NCBI GenBank assembly: GCA_963770895.1
Contig: CAVYRF010000002.1
Location: forward strand, 4,096,001-4,160,000
Source of the DNA: an uncultured Acidobacteriota bacterium
Lineage (GTDB): Bacteria; Acidobacteriota; Thermoanaerobaculia; Multivoradales; UBA5704
Reading direction: 5' to 3'
DNA length: 64,000 bases
Below are positions 1 through 33,256 of this stretch, piece after piece. Under the pieces are notes generated by a model. That model was not told the DNA's origin. It did no database searches and was given only the letters and a program-made list of their open reading frames with translations. Each line of letters opens with the position of its first letter. The stretch's first letter is position 1. A program made the position numbers and the translations under genes.

Positions 1-2645
1 TGCAGTTCGCGTCGTTGAGCTTCGACGCCAGCTGCCACGAGATGTTCGCCTGCTGGGCGTCGGGGGGGACGCTGGTGCTGATCCCCGAGAGCCTGCGGCG
101 CGACGCGCGGGCGCTGGCGCGGTTCTTCGTCACGGCGCGGATCGACAAGGCGATCCTGCCGGTGCTGATGCTGCAGCAGCTGGCGGAGATCTACGCCGAG
201 CCGGGCGCCTCGCTGCCGGTGTGGCGGGAGATGACGACGACCGGCGAGCAGATGCAGATCAGCCCGGCGGTCATCGACCTGTTCGAGCGGCTGCCCGGAT
301 GCCGGCTGCACAACCACTACGGTCCCTCGGAGAGCCACGTGGTGACGGCGTACAGCCTGGGCAGCGAGCCGCGCGGCTGGGTGTCGCATCCGCCGGTCGG
401 CAAGCCGCTGCCCAACTGCCGCCTGGAGCTGCTGGGTCCTGGGTTGGAGCGGGTGCCGCAGGGGGTGCCGGGCGAGCTGTACATCGGCGGCGTGTGCCTG
501 GCGCGGGGGTACCTGGGCCGTCCGGAGCTGACGGCGGAGCGGTTCGTGCCGGACGGCTGGAGCCGGGTGCCGGGGGAGCGGCTGTACAGGACCGGGGACC
601 TGTCGCGCTACCGGGCGGGCGGCGACGTCGAGTATCTGGGCCGCCTGGACCACCAGGTGAAGGTGCGCGGGTTCCGCGTCGAGCCGGCGGAGGTGGAGGC
701 GGCGCTGGGAGCGCACCCGGCGCTGGTGGAGACGGTGGTGGTGGCGCTGGACGCGCCGGAGGGCGGCAAGCGGCTGGTCGCCTACATGGTGGGCCAGCCG
801 GGCGGCGGCGACCGTCCGGGGGCGGGGGAGCTGCGCGCCTGGCTGGGCGAGCGGCTGCCGCACTACATGGTGCCGGCGGCGTTCGTGTGGCTGGAGCAGC
901 TGCCGCTGTCGCCCAACGGCAAGGTGGACCGCAAGGCGCTGCCGCAGCCCGAAGCGTCGCGGTCGGTGGCGGGAGCGGCGTACCGGGCGCCGGAGTCGCC
1001 GGCCGAGCAGCTGGTGGCGTCGTATTACGCGGAGCTGCTGGGGGTCGACCGGGTGGGCCTGGACGACGACTTTTTCACCTTGGGCGGGCATTCGCTGCTG
1101 GCGACGCGGCTGGTGTCGCGGCTGCGCCAGGGATTCGCGCTGGAGCTGCCGCTGCGGCAGGTGTTCGAAAAGCCGGCGGTGGGGGCGCTGGCTGCCGAAA
1201 TCGAGCGTCAGCTGCGCAGCGGCGCCGCGGCCGCGGCGCCGGCGATCCGTCCGGCGCCGCGCGACCGGCCGCTGCCGCTGTCGTTCGCGCAGCAGCGGCT
1301 GTGGTTCCTGGACCAGCTGGCGCCGGGCAGCCCGCTGTACAACCTGCCGCTGGCGCTGCAACTGGACGGGCCGCTCGTGCCGGGCGCGCTGGCCGCGGCG
1401 CTGACGGCGGTCGCCGGCCGCCACGAGGTGCTGCGCACGGTGTTCGCGCAGGCCGCGGGCGAAGACGGCGACCCGGTGCAGGTGGTGCTGCCGGCCGGCC
1501 GCATGCCGCTGCCGGTCGTCGATCTGGCGGCGCTGCCCGCAGCGTCGCGCGAGCAGGAGGCGCGCGCGCTGGCCGCGGCCGAAGCGCTGCGGCCGTTCGA
1601 CCTGGCGGCCGGCCTGGTGCGCGCCGCGCTGCTCGGTCTGGGGCGCGTCGCGGCCGGCGGCGACGATCGGGAGATGGCGCGGCACGTGCTGCTGCTGACG
1701 CTGCATCACGCCGTGGCCGACGGCTGGTCGCACGGCGTGCTGGTGCGCGAAATGGTGGCGTTCTACGACAGCTTTGCCGCTGGCGGCGGCGGCGCGTCCG
1801 GGCTGCCGCCGGGCGTTGCCGCGCTGCCGATCCAGTACGCCGACTTTGCCGTCTGGCAGCGGCAGTGGCTGCAGGGGGACGTGCTGGCGGCGCAGCTCGA
1901 CTACTGGCGGCGCCAGCTGGCGGGTGCGCCGCGGCAGCTGGAGCTGCCGCTCGACCGGCCGCGTCCGGCGGTGCGCACGCACGCGTCCGCGGCGCGGCGC
2001 TTCGTGCTGCCGGCCGCGGCGGTGCGCGAGCTGCGCCAGCTGGGCAGGAGCGGCGGCGGAACGCTGTTCATGACCCTGCTGGCCGCGTACCAGGTGGTGC
2101 TGGCGCGCTACGCGGCGCAGGACGACGTGGTGGTCGGCACGCCGATCGCCGGCCGCACGCGCGGCGAAACCGAAGACCTGATCGGCTTGTTCGTCAACAC
2201 CCTGGCGCTGCGCACGCAGATCGCGCCGCGCGCTTCGTTCCACCAGCTGCTGGCACGGGTGCGGGAGACGACGCTGGGCGCCTACTCCCACCAGGACCTG
2301 CCGTTCGAGCGGCTGGTCGAAGAGCTGCAGCCGGAGCGCGCGCTGGGCCATTCGCCGCTCTTCCAGGTGACCCTGATCCTGCAGAACACGCCGCTGCCGC
2401 CGCGCCCGCCGGCCGGCCTGACGCTCGCGGCGCTGCCCGAAACCGCCACCGGCGCCAAGTTCGACCTGACGCTGGCGGTCGCCGAGAGCGCCACCGGCGA
2501 CCTGGGCGGCCTGCTCGACTACAACCGCGACCTGTTCGACGCCGCGACCGCCGAGCGGTTGCTGGGCGCCTTTGCCCGCCTGCTGCACGGCGCCGCCGCG
2601 GCGCCGGCGCAATCGGTCTGGGACCTCGAGCTGATGAGCGGCGTT
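1..2645 (+). CDS. NRPS, 5'-truncated by window (A[Pro-like]-T-C); reading frame continues after a +1 frameshift at ~2644-2645
   Basis: A motifs [37 protein letters not shown]; T motif FFTLGGHSL; C motif HHAVADGWS. Translation becomes nonsense after LMSG. Confidence 0.93.
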
Positions 2646-2646
2646 C

Positions 2647-5367
2647 GAGCGCCACCAGGCGCTGCTGGAGTGGGGGCGCGGCGCGCCCGCGGTGCCGCCG
2701 GTCTATCTGCTGCTGCACCAGCGGTTCGAGGAGCAGGCCCGCCGCCAGCCCGAGGCGGTGGCGGTGATCCTGGGCGACCGGCACCTGACCTACGGCGAGC
2801 TCGACCGCCGCGCCGAGCGCCTGGCACGCCGGCTGCGCGCCATGGGGGCGCTGCCCGACGCTCCGGTCGGCATCTGCGCCGAGCGGTCGCCCGAGCTGAT
2901 CGCCGGCATTCTCGCCATCCTCAAGGCGGGCTGCGCCTGGCTGCCGCTCGATCCCGGCTACCCGGCGGAGCGCCTGGAATTCATGGCCGCCGACGCGCGG
3001 CTGGCGGTGCTGCTGGTCGACGGCCGCGGCGCCGCGCACGCCGACCTGGCGCCGGCGGCGGTGCGCGTGCCGCTGCACCCGGACGGCGACCCGGCCTGGC
3101 CGGCCGGTGACGCGGCGGCGCCGCCCGCTGCCGCCGGCGTGCCGCCGGACGGCGCCGCCTATGTGATCTACACCTCGGGCTCGACCGGCAGGCCCAAGGG
3201 GGTCGTGGTCAGCCATCGGGCGGCCTGCAGCCACATGGCGTGGATGTCGCGCGCCCTGGCCTGGAGCCGGCACGACCGGACGTTGCAGCGCACGTCGCCC
3301 AGCTTCGACGCCTCGGTGTGGGAGATCTGGATGCCGCTGCTGGCCGGGGGGCAGCTGGTGCTGCTGCCGCCGGGCGCCCAGGGCGACCCGTCGCTGCTGC
3401 TCGACGCCGTGGCCGCGCAGCAGGTCACGGTGCTGCAGATGGTGCCGTCGCTGCTGGGAGCTCTGCTGGAAGATCCGGCCGCCGTCGCCGCTGCGGCCGG
3501 GCTGCGCTGCCTGTGCTGCGGCGCCGAGGCGCTGCCCGCGGACCTGGTGCGGCGCTTCCACCGCTTCCTGGGCCGGCCGCACGGCGTCGCGCTGCACAAC
3601 CTGTACGGGCCCACCGAGGCGGCGATCGACGCCACCTGGTGGCCCTGCGGCGCCCAGTCTGGCGACTTGCGCGCCCGCACCCTGCCCATCGGCCGGCCGA
3701 TCGACGGCGCCGAAGCGGTGATCCTGGACGCCGGCGGCCGCCTGGTGCCTGCCGGCGTCGCCGGCGAGCTGCACCTGGGCGGCGCCTCGCTCGCGCGCGG
3801 CTACCTGGACCGCCCCGACCTGACCGCCGCGCGCTTCGTGCCGCACCCGTACGCCGCGCTGCCGGGCAGCCGCCTCTATCGCACCGGCGACCTGGGCCGC
3901 ATGCGGGCCGACGGGGTGATCGAATTCCTCGGCCGCACCGACAGCCAGGTCAAGCTGCGCGGCTTCCGCATCGAGCTGGGCGAGATCGAGGCGGCGTTGG
4001 TCGACCACCCCGGCATCGCCAGCGTCGCCGTCGTGCTGCGCGACGATCCGCCGGGCGGGCCGCGCCTGGTCGCCTACGTCGTGGCCGATACGGCGCTGGC
4101 GCCGGAGCCGCCGCCCACCGATGGCGAGCTGGCCGCCCACCTGCGCCAGCGGCTGCCCGAGCCGATGGTGCCGGCGGCGTTCGTGGCGCTGCCCGAGCTG
4201 CCGCTGACGCCCAACGGCAAGGTCGATCGCGGCCGCCTGCCGCGGCCGGCGGCGGGCGGTGCGGCGGCCGGCCAGACGGCGCCGCGCGATCACGTCGAGC
4301 TGCAGCTGGCAAAGATCTGGGGCGACCTGCTGGGCGTGGGGCCGATCGGACCGGCGGACAGCTTCTTTGCCCTGGGCGGCCACTCGCTGCTGGCCGTGCG
4401 CCTGATGAACCGCGTCGCCGCGGTCTTTGGCCAGCGCCTGCCGGTGTCGGCGCTGTTCGAGAGCCCGACGCTCGCGGCCCTGGCGGCGCGCCTGCGCCGC
4501 GGCGCCGCCGGGCCGCAGCGCCGCGACGCCCTGGTGCACCTGGCCGGCGACGGCACCGGCACGCCGCTCTTCGTGGTCCACCCGGTGGGCGGCAACGTCC
4601 TGTGCTACTGGCAGCTGGCCCACGCCGCGGGCGCCGACGCCCCGGTCTACGGGCTGCAGCTGCCCGACCTGGCGGCGCTGCCGGCGGGCGACGGGCTGGC
4701 GCCGGCCGTGGGCACCGTCGAGGCGCTGGCGGCGCACTACATCGCCGCCCTTTCCGCCATCCAGCCGCGCGGCCCCTACCGCCTGGCCGGCTGGTCGCTG
4801 GGCGGCGTCATCGCCTTCGAGATGGCGCGCCAGCTGGAGCATGCCGGCCAGCCGGTCGCCCTGCTGGCGCTGCTCGACAGCTATGCGCCGGCCGCGGCAC
4901 CCGGCGCCCGCCGGCCCACCGGCGCCGCCCTGGTGCGCCAGTTTGCCGCCGACCTCTGCGGCCTGCTGGGGCTGCCCGCCACCGCGCCGCCGTTCGACCT
5001 GCCCGCCGGCGAGGCCGCCGCCCTGCGCGCCCTGGACCGCTACGGCCGCGAGCAGGGCATCCTACCCGCCGACCTCGACAGCGCCTCGCTGCGGGAGATG
5101 TTCGCGCTCTTCAAGACCGGCGCCGCGGCGTTCGCCACCTACCGTCCCGCCCCCTACCACGGCGGCCCGGTCCTGCTGTTCACCGCCGAAGACACCGGCG
5201 CCGCCGCCGCCGACCCCACCCGCGGCTGGCAGGCGCTCGCACCGGCCGGCCTGGACGTGAGGCCGCTCGCCGGCAACCACTACGCCATGGTCAGGCAGCC
5301 CGCCATCGCCGCCATCGCCGCCGCCCTGCGCGCGCCGGCCATCCCGCGCATCACGCCGCCGGCCTGA
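2647..5367 (+). CDS. NRPS terminal module A[Gln-like]-T-TE (downstream part of the frameshifted gene)
   Basis: Frame resumes ERHQALLEWG; [30 protein letters not shown]; TE motif GWSLGG and C-terminal GNHY. Code read as DAWQCGLIDK, close to the Gln code DAWQFGLIDK. Confidence 0.93.
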   Translation, partial: ERHQALLEWGRGAPAVPPVYLLLHQRFEEQARRQPEAVAVILGDRHLTYGELDRRAERLARRLRAMGALPDAPVGICAERSPELIAGILAILKAGCAWLPLDPGYPAERLEFMAADARLAVLLVDGRGAAHADLAPAAVRVPLHPDGDPAWPAGDAAAPPAAAGVPPDGAAYVIYTSGSTGRPKGVVVSHRAACSHMAWMSRALAWSRHDRTLQRTSPSFDASVWEIWMPLLAGGQLVLLPPGAQGDPSLLLDAVAAQQVTVLQMVPSLLGALLEDPAAVAAAAGLRCLCCGAEALPADLVRRFHRFLGRPHGVALHNLYGPTEAAIDATWWPCGAQSGDLRARTLPIGRPIDGAEAVILDAGGRLVPAGVAGELHLGGASLARGYLDRPDLTAARFVPHPYAALPGSRLYRTGDLGRMRADGVIEFLGRTDSQVKLRGFRIELGEIEAALVDHPGIASVAVVLRDDPPGGPRLVAYVVADTALAPEPPPTDGELAAHLRQRLPEPMVPAAFVALPELPLTPNGKVDRGRLPRPAAGGAAAGQTAPRDHVELQLAKIWGDLLGVGPIGPADSFFALGGHSLLAVRLMNRVAAVFGQRLPVSALFESPTLAALAARLRRGAAGPQRRDALVHLAGDGTGTPLFVVHPVGGNVLCYWQLAHAAGADAPVYGLQLPDLAALPAGDGLAPAVGTVEALAAHYIAALSAIQPRGPYRLAGWSLGGVIAFEMARQLEHAGQPVALLALLDSYAPAAAPGARRPTGAALVRQFAADLCGLLGLPATAPPFDLPAGEAAALRALDRYGREQGILPADLDSASLREMFALFKTGAAAFATYRPAPYHGGPVLLFTAEDTGAAAADPTRGWQALAPAGLDVRPLAGNHYAMVRQPAIAAIAAALRAPAIPRITPPA

Positions 5368-5458
5368 GCGCCGCGCTCCAGGTCAGCGGCGCTTGGAAGT
5401 CATCAGGCCGACCCGATAAGAGCCAACCCCGCTAGAATGAGCGTAGGAGGATGCAACC

Positions 5459-5701
5459 GTGGTGCAGAACTCCCTCACTATCGACGAGCTCTACGAGCAA
5501 CAGGTCCGTACGCGTTCGCTGCGGGATCGTTTGCGGCTGGCGCAGCGCATCCTCGCCGAAGCCGCAGACGCCGCTCCAGCGAGCGATGAGCGTCAGCGCA
5601 GTCTGCTCGAACTGGAAGGATTGGGTGCTGAGCATTGGGGCTCGGCAGACGCGCAGGAGTACGTGGAGCGCCTGCGGCAAGAGTGGGACGGCGGCCATTG
5701 A
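5459..5701 (+). CDS. Putative antitoxin of a VapBC-type TA pair
   Basis: 80 aa, RBS AGGAGG at 5445-5450; stop overlaps the TTG start of a PIN-domain gene (TTGA); C-terminus DAQEYVERLRQEWD is typical of PIN-associated antitoxins. Confidence 0.7.
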   Translation: MVQNSLTIDELYEQQVRTRSLRDRLRLAQRILAEAADAAPASDERQRSLLELEGLGAEHWGSADAQEYVERLRQEWDGGH

Positions 5702-6138
5702 ACCTTGAGGCCTTTTCGGCGGTCACCAAGCTTGGCCTCGATACTGCGCCCCTGATCTATCTGGTCGAACGGCATCCAACCTTCGGCCCCCTCGTGCGCA
5801 CCCTCGTCGAGCGAGCAGAGGGCGGTGGCATCGAGTTCATCTCCTCAACGTTGACCCTCACCGAGGTGCTGAGCCTGCCGCTCGAACGGAACGACGAGGC
5901 CACGGTCAGCGCCTATCGCTCGATACTTCTCCATAGCCCCTATCTGCACCTGCGGCCCATCGACCTCGAATCCGCCGAGCGGGCGGCCCGTCTCCGAGCG
6001 ACTCATCGCTTGAAGACTCCCGACGCGCTCCAGGTTGCGGTGGCCAGCCAAGCCGGCTGTGAAGCCTTCCTGACCAACGACCGCTCCCTGCGCCGGGTGA
6101 CCGAGATCAAGGTCCTGGTGCTTGCAGATCTGATCTAG
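5698..6138 (+). CDS. vapC: PIN-domain (VapC family) toxin
   Basis: PIN acidic motifs LDTAPLIY, TLTEVL, LKTPDALQVAVA, FLTNDRSL. Start set at TTG 5698 (translational coupling). Confidence 0.85.
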   Translation: MNLEAFSAVTKLGLDTAPLIYLVERHPTFGPLVRTLVERAEGGGIEFISSTLTLTEVLSLPLERNDEATVSAYRSILLHSPYLHLRPIDLESAERAARLRATHRLKTPDALQVAVASQAGCEAFLTNDRSLRRVTEIKVLVLADLI

Positions 6139-7305
6139 TGTAGTGCGCCCTAATTAGGAATCCTTATATGCGGTTCGTACGTATCGTCCTGTGGGAGGAT
6201 TGGGACGATGCGGATCGCACCGTTGGTTCTGGTTTCGCCGGAGGAAAGGCGGCAGTTGGAGGCCTATGCCCGAGGCCGCAGCACGCCGACGCGTCTGGTG
6301 CAGCGCGCGAAGATCGTCTTGCTGGCCGCCGAGGGCAAGGAGAATCGGGAAATTGCCGAAAGTCTTGGCATCATGCGGCATACCGTCGGACGTTGGCGGA
6401 GCCGCTTTTGCCAGTTCGGCCTGAGCGGGATCGAGAAAGACGCGCATCGAAGTGGGCGCCTGCCGAGCCTGTCCCAGGGCTTGCTACGGAAGATCGTGCG
6501 CAAGACAACGCAAGAGACGCCGCAGGACGGCACTCATTGGAGCACGCGGAGCATGGCCGAGGCGGTCGGGGTCAGCGCCTCGACGGTGCGCCGGGTCTGG
6601 CAGCGGCACGGCCTCAAGCCTCATCGGGTGCGGACCTTCAAGCTGAGCAACGATCGACGCTTTGTCGAGAAAATGGAAGATGTCATCGCGCTCTATCTCA
6701 ACCCGCCAGAGCACGCCCTCGTCTTGTGTGCCGATGAGAAGAGCCAGATCCAGGCTCTTGATCGGACTCAACCCGGCCTGCCGATGAAGAAGGGCCGCTG
6801 CGGCACGATGACGCACGACTACAAGCGCAATGGCACCACGACGTTATTCGCGGCCTTGAGTACGCTGGACGGTAAAGTCATCGGTAGCTGCATGCCGAGG
6901 CACCGCCACCAGGAGTGGTTGAAGTTCCTCAAACAAATCGATCGGGAGACACCCGCAGCCAAGCAAATCCACCTGATCGCCGACAACTATGGCACCCACA
7001 AGCACGCGGTCGTTCTACGCTGGATCGCTCGGCATCCGCGATTTCACCTTCATTTCACTCCGACCAGTGCCTCCTGGCTCAACATGGTCGAACGCTTCTT
7101 CCGACACCTGACCGAGAAGCAAATTTCCCGTGGAGTGTTCCGCAGTGTCGACCAGCTCGAATCCGCGATTCTGGGGGCGATCGAGCGGCACAACTCTGAT
7201 CCTAAACCCTACATCTGGACGGCTAAGGCTGCTGACATCCTCGAAAAGGTCAAGAGAGCACGTCTCAGACTGAATAAGGTCCCATCTGTGTGACGCACTA
7301 CACTA
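6136..7305 (+). mobile_element. IS630-family insertion sequence
   Basis: Perfect 13-bp inverted match CTAGTGTAGTGCG (6135-6147) / CGCACTACACTAG (7294-7306), including a TA at each end (IS630-type TA target duplication); lower GC than flanks. Confidence 0.9.
6208..7293 (+). CDS. IS630-family DDE transposase
   Basis: N-terminal HTHs ([20 protein letters not shown]); DDE motifs [29 protein letters not shown]; intact 361 aa. Confidence 0.95.
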   Translation: MRIAPLVLVSPEERRQLEAYARGRSTPTRLVQRAKIVLLAAEGKENREIAESLGIMRHTVGRWRSRFCQFGLSGIEKDAHRSGRLPSLSQGLLRKIVRKTTQETPQDGTHWSTRSMAEAVGVSASTVRRVWQRHGLKPHRVRTFKLSNDRRFVEKMEDVIALYLNPPEHALVLCADEKSQIQALDRTQPGLPMKKGRCGTMTHDYKRNGTTTLFAALSTLDGKVIGSCMPRHRHQEWLKFLKQIDRETPAAKQIHLIADNYGTHKHAVVLRWIARHPRFHLHFTPTSASWLNMVERFFRHLTEKQISRGVFRSVDQLESAILGAIERHNSDPKPYIWTAKAADILEKVKRARLRLNKVPSV

Positions 7306-7370
7306 GAAGAATCGTTTCGGCCTGCCGCCGGACCCCTGGCCGCTGTCGCTGAAAACGGCTGGCCGGCGGT

Positions 7371-9647
7371 TCAGGCGGGGGTGAGGCCGGATTGGGGGTC
7401 GCGGCGGGCGCGGCTGTCGGTGCGGTAGAGGCGGGCGCCGGGGTGCGGGCTCCAGGGATCAGGGAGGAAGCGCTCGGCGGTGAGGTCGGCGCGGCCCAGG
7501 TAGCCGCGGGCGACGCCGGCGCCGCCGACGAAGAGCTGGCCGACCTCGCCGGCGGCGACGGGCTGCAGGCTGCCGTCCAGGAGGTGGAGCTGGGCGTCGG
7601 CGGGGGCCAGGGCGGCGGCGGCCTGGGGGTCGCCGGCCAGGTGGCGGGCCAGCGCCGGGGCGCAGTGCAGGTGGGTGGTGGCGCGGCCGGCGAGCGCGGC
7701 TTGCAGGCTGGGGTGGGCGGCGGCGGGAGCATGGGCTGCGGTGGGCGGCGCGGGCGTAGTGCGGCGGCGCAGTTGGTCCAGGTTGCCCAGGGCGGCCAGC
7801 ACGTCGTCGGTCGGGGCGCCGAAGTCGATCAGGCAGGCGACCTCATCCACCTCCATGCGGCGCAGGCGTTCCAGGGTGCGGGCGCAGCTGTCGGGTGTGC
7901 CGATCAGGCCCGAGCCCTCGGCGACGTAGCGGTCGTAGGCGCGGCCGACCAGCAGGTCCAGTTGGGCGCCGGCCAGATCCTTGGGATCGCTGTCCAGGCC
8001 GACGCTGGCGGCCAGCGAGCGCAGCAGGCCGAAGGAGGTCTTGAGGTAGGCGCTGAGCGGTTCGCGCACCACGCGGTGCACTTCGTCCAGGGTGGCGCCG
8101 ACGTAGGTGTGGAGCATCACCGTCACGGTGCCGATGCCGGGGTGGCCGGCCTGGCGCCAAGCCTGGCGATAGACGCGGATCTTGCTTGCCACTTCGTCGG
8201 CTTCCTGGCCCAGCATGTGGGTCAGGACGCCGGCGCCGACCTCGCCGGCCAGGCGGAAGGTTTCGGGGTTGCCGGCGGCGGTGACCCAGACCGGCAGCTC
8301 GGGTTGCACCGGCCGCGGGAAGATGCGCACCGGCACCTGGTTGCCGGCGCCGCCGGGCAGGCTCAGGGCTTCGCCGCGCCACAGGCGGCGGACGGTTTCG
8401 ATGCCGCGCGTCATCACCTCCTGGCGGTCGGCGTAGGCGGCGGGATTGAGCACGAAGTCGTTGGCGTGCCAGCCCGAGGCGAACGACACGCCGACGCGGC
8501 CGCCCGACAGGTTGTCGACCAGCGACCACTCTTCGGCGACCAGCAGCGGGTTGTGCAGCGGCAGGACGACGCTGCCGGCGCGGATGAGCAGGCGCTCGGT
8601 CGACGCGGCGATGGCGGCGCTCATCACCGCCGGGCTGGGGTAGAGGCCGCCGAACTCGTGGAAGTGGCGCTCCGGCGTCCAGATGGCGTGGAAGCCATTG
8701 CGGTCGCCAAAGCGCGCCCCTTCGAGCACCAGGCGATAGTGGTCGGCGGTCTTGCCCGCGGTGTAGTTGCCAAAATAGAACAGGCTGAAGGCCAGCGGGC
8801 GGTCGGCGGGGCTGGCGGCGGCCGTGGCGGCAGCGGCGGTGGCCGTGGGGGAAGCGACGGTGGCGGCTCGTGCGCCCGGCGCATCGTGGGTCGTCGCGAC
8901 GGCCCGCGTGGCTGCGGGCTGGTCGCCGTCGAGCCGCAGCGGGCCTTCCCGCAACAGCGTCCACAGCATCTCGACGGGCTCCAGGTCGGGCGCGGATGGA
9001 CCTGTCGGCGCGCCGGCCATGCTTGCTTCGCCGGCGTCGCTGGCCGGGTTGGCGGCGCCGTGGTCGTCCGGGCGTCCGTCGCCGGCGGCCAGCAGGCCGG
9101 CGAGGGTGCTGTGGCTGACCATTATGCCGTGAGGGAGACCGGTTGCGCCGGAGCGGTAGAGCACCCAGGCAAGGCTGTCGCCGGTGACGGCCGGCGGGGG
9201 AGGCGCCGTCGGCGATGATGGCGAGGGGCTGGGCGCGCCGGCGGCGGCTGGCTCTGGATCGCCCAGCCACACGACCGGCACGCGGTGCGGCGGCAGGCGG
9301 CGTGCCAGCGACCGATGGAGGAGGATGGCCTTGGGACGGGCGGCGCCCAGGATCTGCGCCAGGCGTCCCGGCGGCTGGGTGGCATCCAGGCAGGCGCAGG
9401 CGCCGCCCGCTTTCAGCACGGCCAGGAGCGCCACCGGCAGATCCGGCGAGCGCGGTACCAGCACGGCGACGATCGCTTCGGCGCCCACGCCCAGCTGGCG
9501 CAGGCGGGCCGCCAGGTCGCCGGCATTGGCGTCCAGCTCCGCCCAGGTGAGCGAGCGGTCAGAGCCGGTGACGGCGACGTCGCCGGGCGCCGCCGCGACG
9601 CGGGCGGCCAGCAGGCTGACAAGGGTGCGATCGGGCTGTTCGCTCAT
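7371..9647 (-). CDS. Luciferase-like (LLM, MupA-type) flavin monooxygenase embedded in a degenerate adenylation-domain shell
   Basis: LLM core FSLFYF...[17 protein letters not shown]...[11 protein letters not shown]...[15 protein letters not shown]. Flanking A remnants [38 protein letters not shown]. Start MSEQPD at 9647. Confidence 0.85.
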   Translation of the reverse strand: MSEQPDRTLVSLLAARVAAAPGDVAVTGSDRSLTWAELDANAGDLAARLRQLGVGAEAIVAVLVPRSPDLPVALLAVLKAGGACACLDATQPPGRLAQILGAARPKAILLHRSLARRLPPHRVPVVWLGDPEPAAAGAPSPSPSSPTAPPPPAVTGDSLAWVLYRSGATGLPHGIMVSHSTLAGLLAAGDGRPDDHGAANPASDAGEASMAGAPTGPSAPDLEPVEMLWTLLREGPLRLDGDQPAATRAVATTHDAPGARAATVASPTATAAAATAAASPADRPLAFSLFYFGNYTAGKTADHYRLVLEGARFGDRNGFHAIWTPERHFHEFGGLYPSPAVMSAAIAASTERLLIRAGSVVLPLHNPLLVAEEWSLVDNLSGGRVGVSFASGWHANDFVLNPAAYADRQEVMTRGIETVRRLWRGEALSLPGGAGNQVPVRIFPRPVQPELPVWVTAAGNPETFRLAGEVGAGVLTHMLGQEADEVASKIRVYRQAWRQAGHPGIGTVTVMLHTYVGATLDEVHRVVREPLSAYLKTSFGLLRSLAASVGLDSDPKDLAGAQLDLLVGRAYDRYVAEGSGLIGTPDSCARTLERLRRMEVDEVACLIDFGAPTDDVLAALGNLDQLRRRTTPAPPTAAHAPAAAHPSLQAALAGRATTHLHCAPALARHLAGDPQAAAALAPADAQLHLLDGSLQPVAAGEVGQLFVGGAGVARGYLGRADLTAERFLPDPWSPHPGARLYRTDSRARRDPQSGLTPA

Positions 9648-9885
9648 CGGGCGTAGGGACTTGCGATCGGCGGCTGCGACGCCGGCAGACGATACCATGC
9701 CGGGCCCCCGGCTTGGACAGGTAAAGCCCTGCTTGCCAAGCATTTGGCGCGCTTCAGGGGAGGCCTGCCGGGAGCTTCCCAAGATCTGTCGCCCATCTAA
9801 GGAACGAAGTTGGTAAAGTGCTGGCGCCGGTGCCCGCCACCTCCGGCAGTCGTGCAACTGCGATCTCGCAGGAAGGAGATCCTCG

Positions 9886-32304
<22,419 letters not shown>

Positions 32305-32715
32305 CCGCAGCCCCCGCGGCCGGCGGCGCCCAGTGCGCCCGGCGCGCTGCGACCCGCCGCGGCGCCGCCGCCGTACCAGCGCCGTAACGTGATCGAAAAC
32401 GTTATTGTCCTGAAGGATCATGCCCGGTGGTCGATCGCCGGCACCGGCGGCGGAGAGTTGCCCGCAGCGCGACGACGGGGTGAACATTCGGTGACGGCGG
32501 CACCAGGTTGCGAAATCTGACTCTTGCGGCCCCTGGGGGGGGCAAGGTGTCACGATTTTGGGACCAGGCGGCACACGTGGAAGAGAGGAGCGCACCAGGC
32601 AATCCATCCCGCCCGCGGCCAGGGAAGGAACCGGACAGCGCCCGCAGGCAGCTGAACGTATGGGTAAGGTCGGAAACACATCTCCCGCCACTTGCTGGCA
32701 TGGTGAGGTCTTCGA

Positions 32716-33159
32716 ATGCATCAGGTAACGCAATTGAACGGCACGAGCGCCGCCATCGGTTCGCCGATGCCATACTTCGTGAACCCTGAGCTGAGCGCCA
32801 AGGCGCTCGAAATCAACTGGCGGTCGTTTGAGTACTACCCGCCGCTCGATCGCATCAAGCGCTACACCGAAGAGCATTACCAGGAAGAGATCCCGCTGCC
32901 GTGCGCCGCCGAGGTGGCGGGCATGGAAGCCACCTACTTCTCGGCTTTCTTCCGCAAGAAAGTCGGCATTCGCTATACCGACTGGCTGTGCTGCCTGCGC
33001 ATCTCGCACGCGATCCGGCTGATCTCCAGCCGCGACCAACCGATCGCGGACGTGGCGCTGGCGGTCGGTTTCAGCGATTTGCGGACGTTCCAGCGCGCGT
33101 TCAAGCGCGTCACCAACATGACGGCGCGCGAGCTGAAGGAGCGCGTCCGTCCGGCGTAG
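32716..33159 (+). CDS. AraC-family regulator (essentially DNA-binding domain only)
   Basis: AGMEATYFSAFFRKKVG...IADVALAVGFSDLRTFQRAFKRVTNMT double-HTH signature; start may be ATG 32767. Confidence 0.88.
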   Translation: MHQVTQLNGTSAAIGSPMPYFVNPELSAKALEINWRSFEYYPPLDRIKRYTEEHYQEEIPLPCAAEVAGMEATYFSAFFRKKVGIRYTDWLCCLRISHAIRLISSRDQPIADVALAVGFSDLRTFQRAFKRVTNMTARELKERVRPA

Positions 33160-33256
33160 CAGCCGGTTGAAAACCCCTGGACCGGCGGCAGCTCCGCCGC
33201 GTGAGCGGCGGGCGCTGCCGCGCCGGTGTCCCCAATCAGTGAATGGAGCGGCGGCG

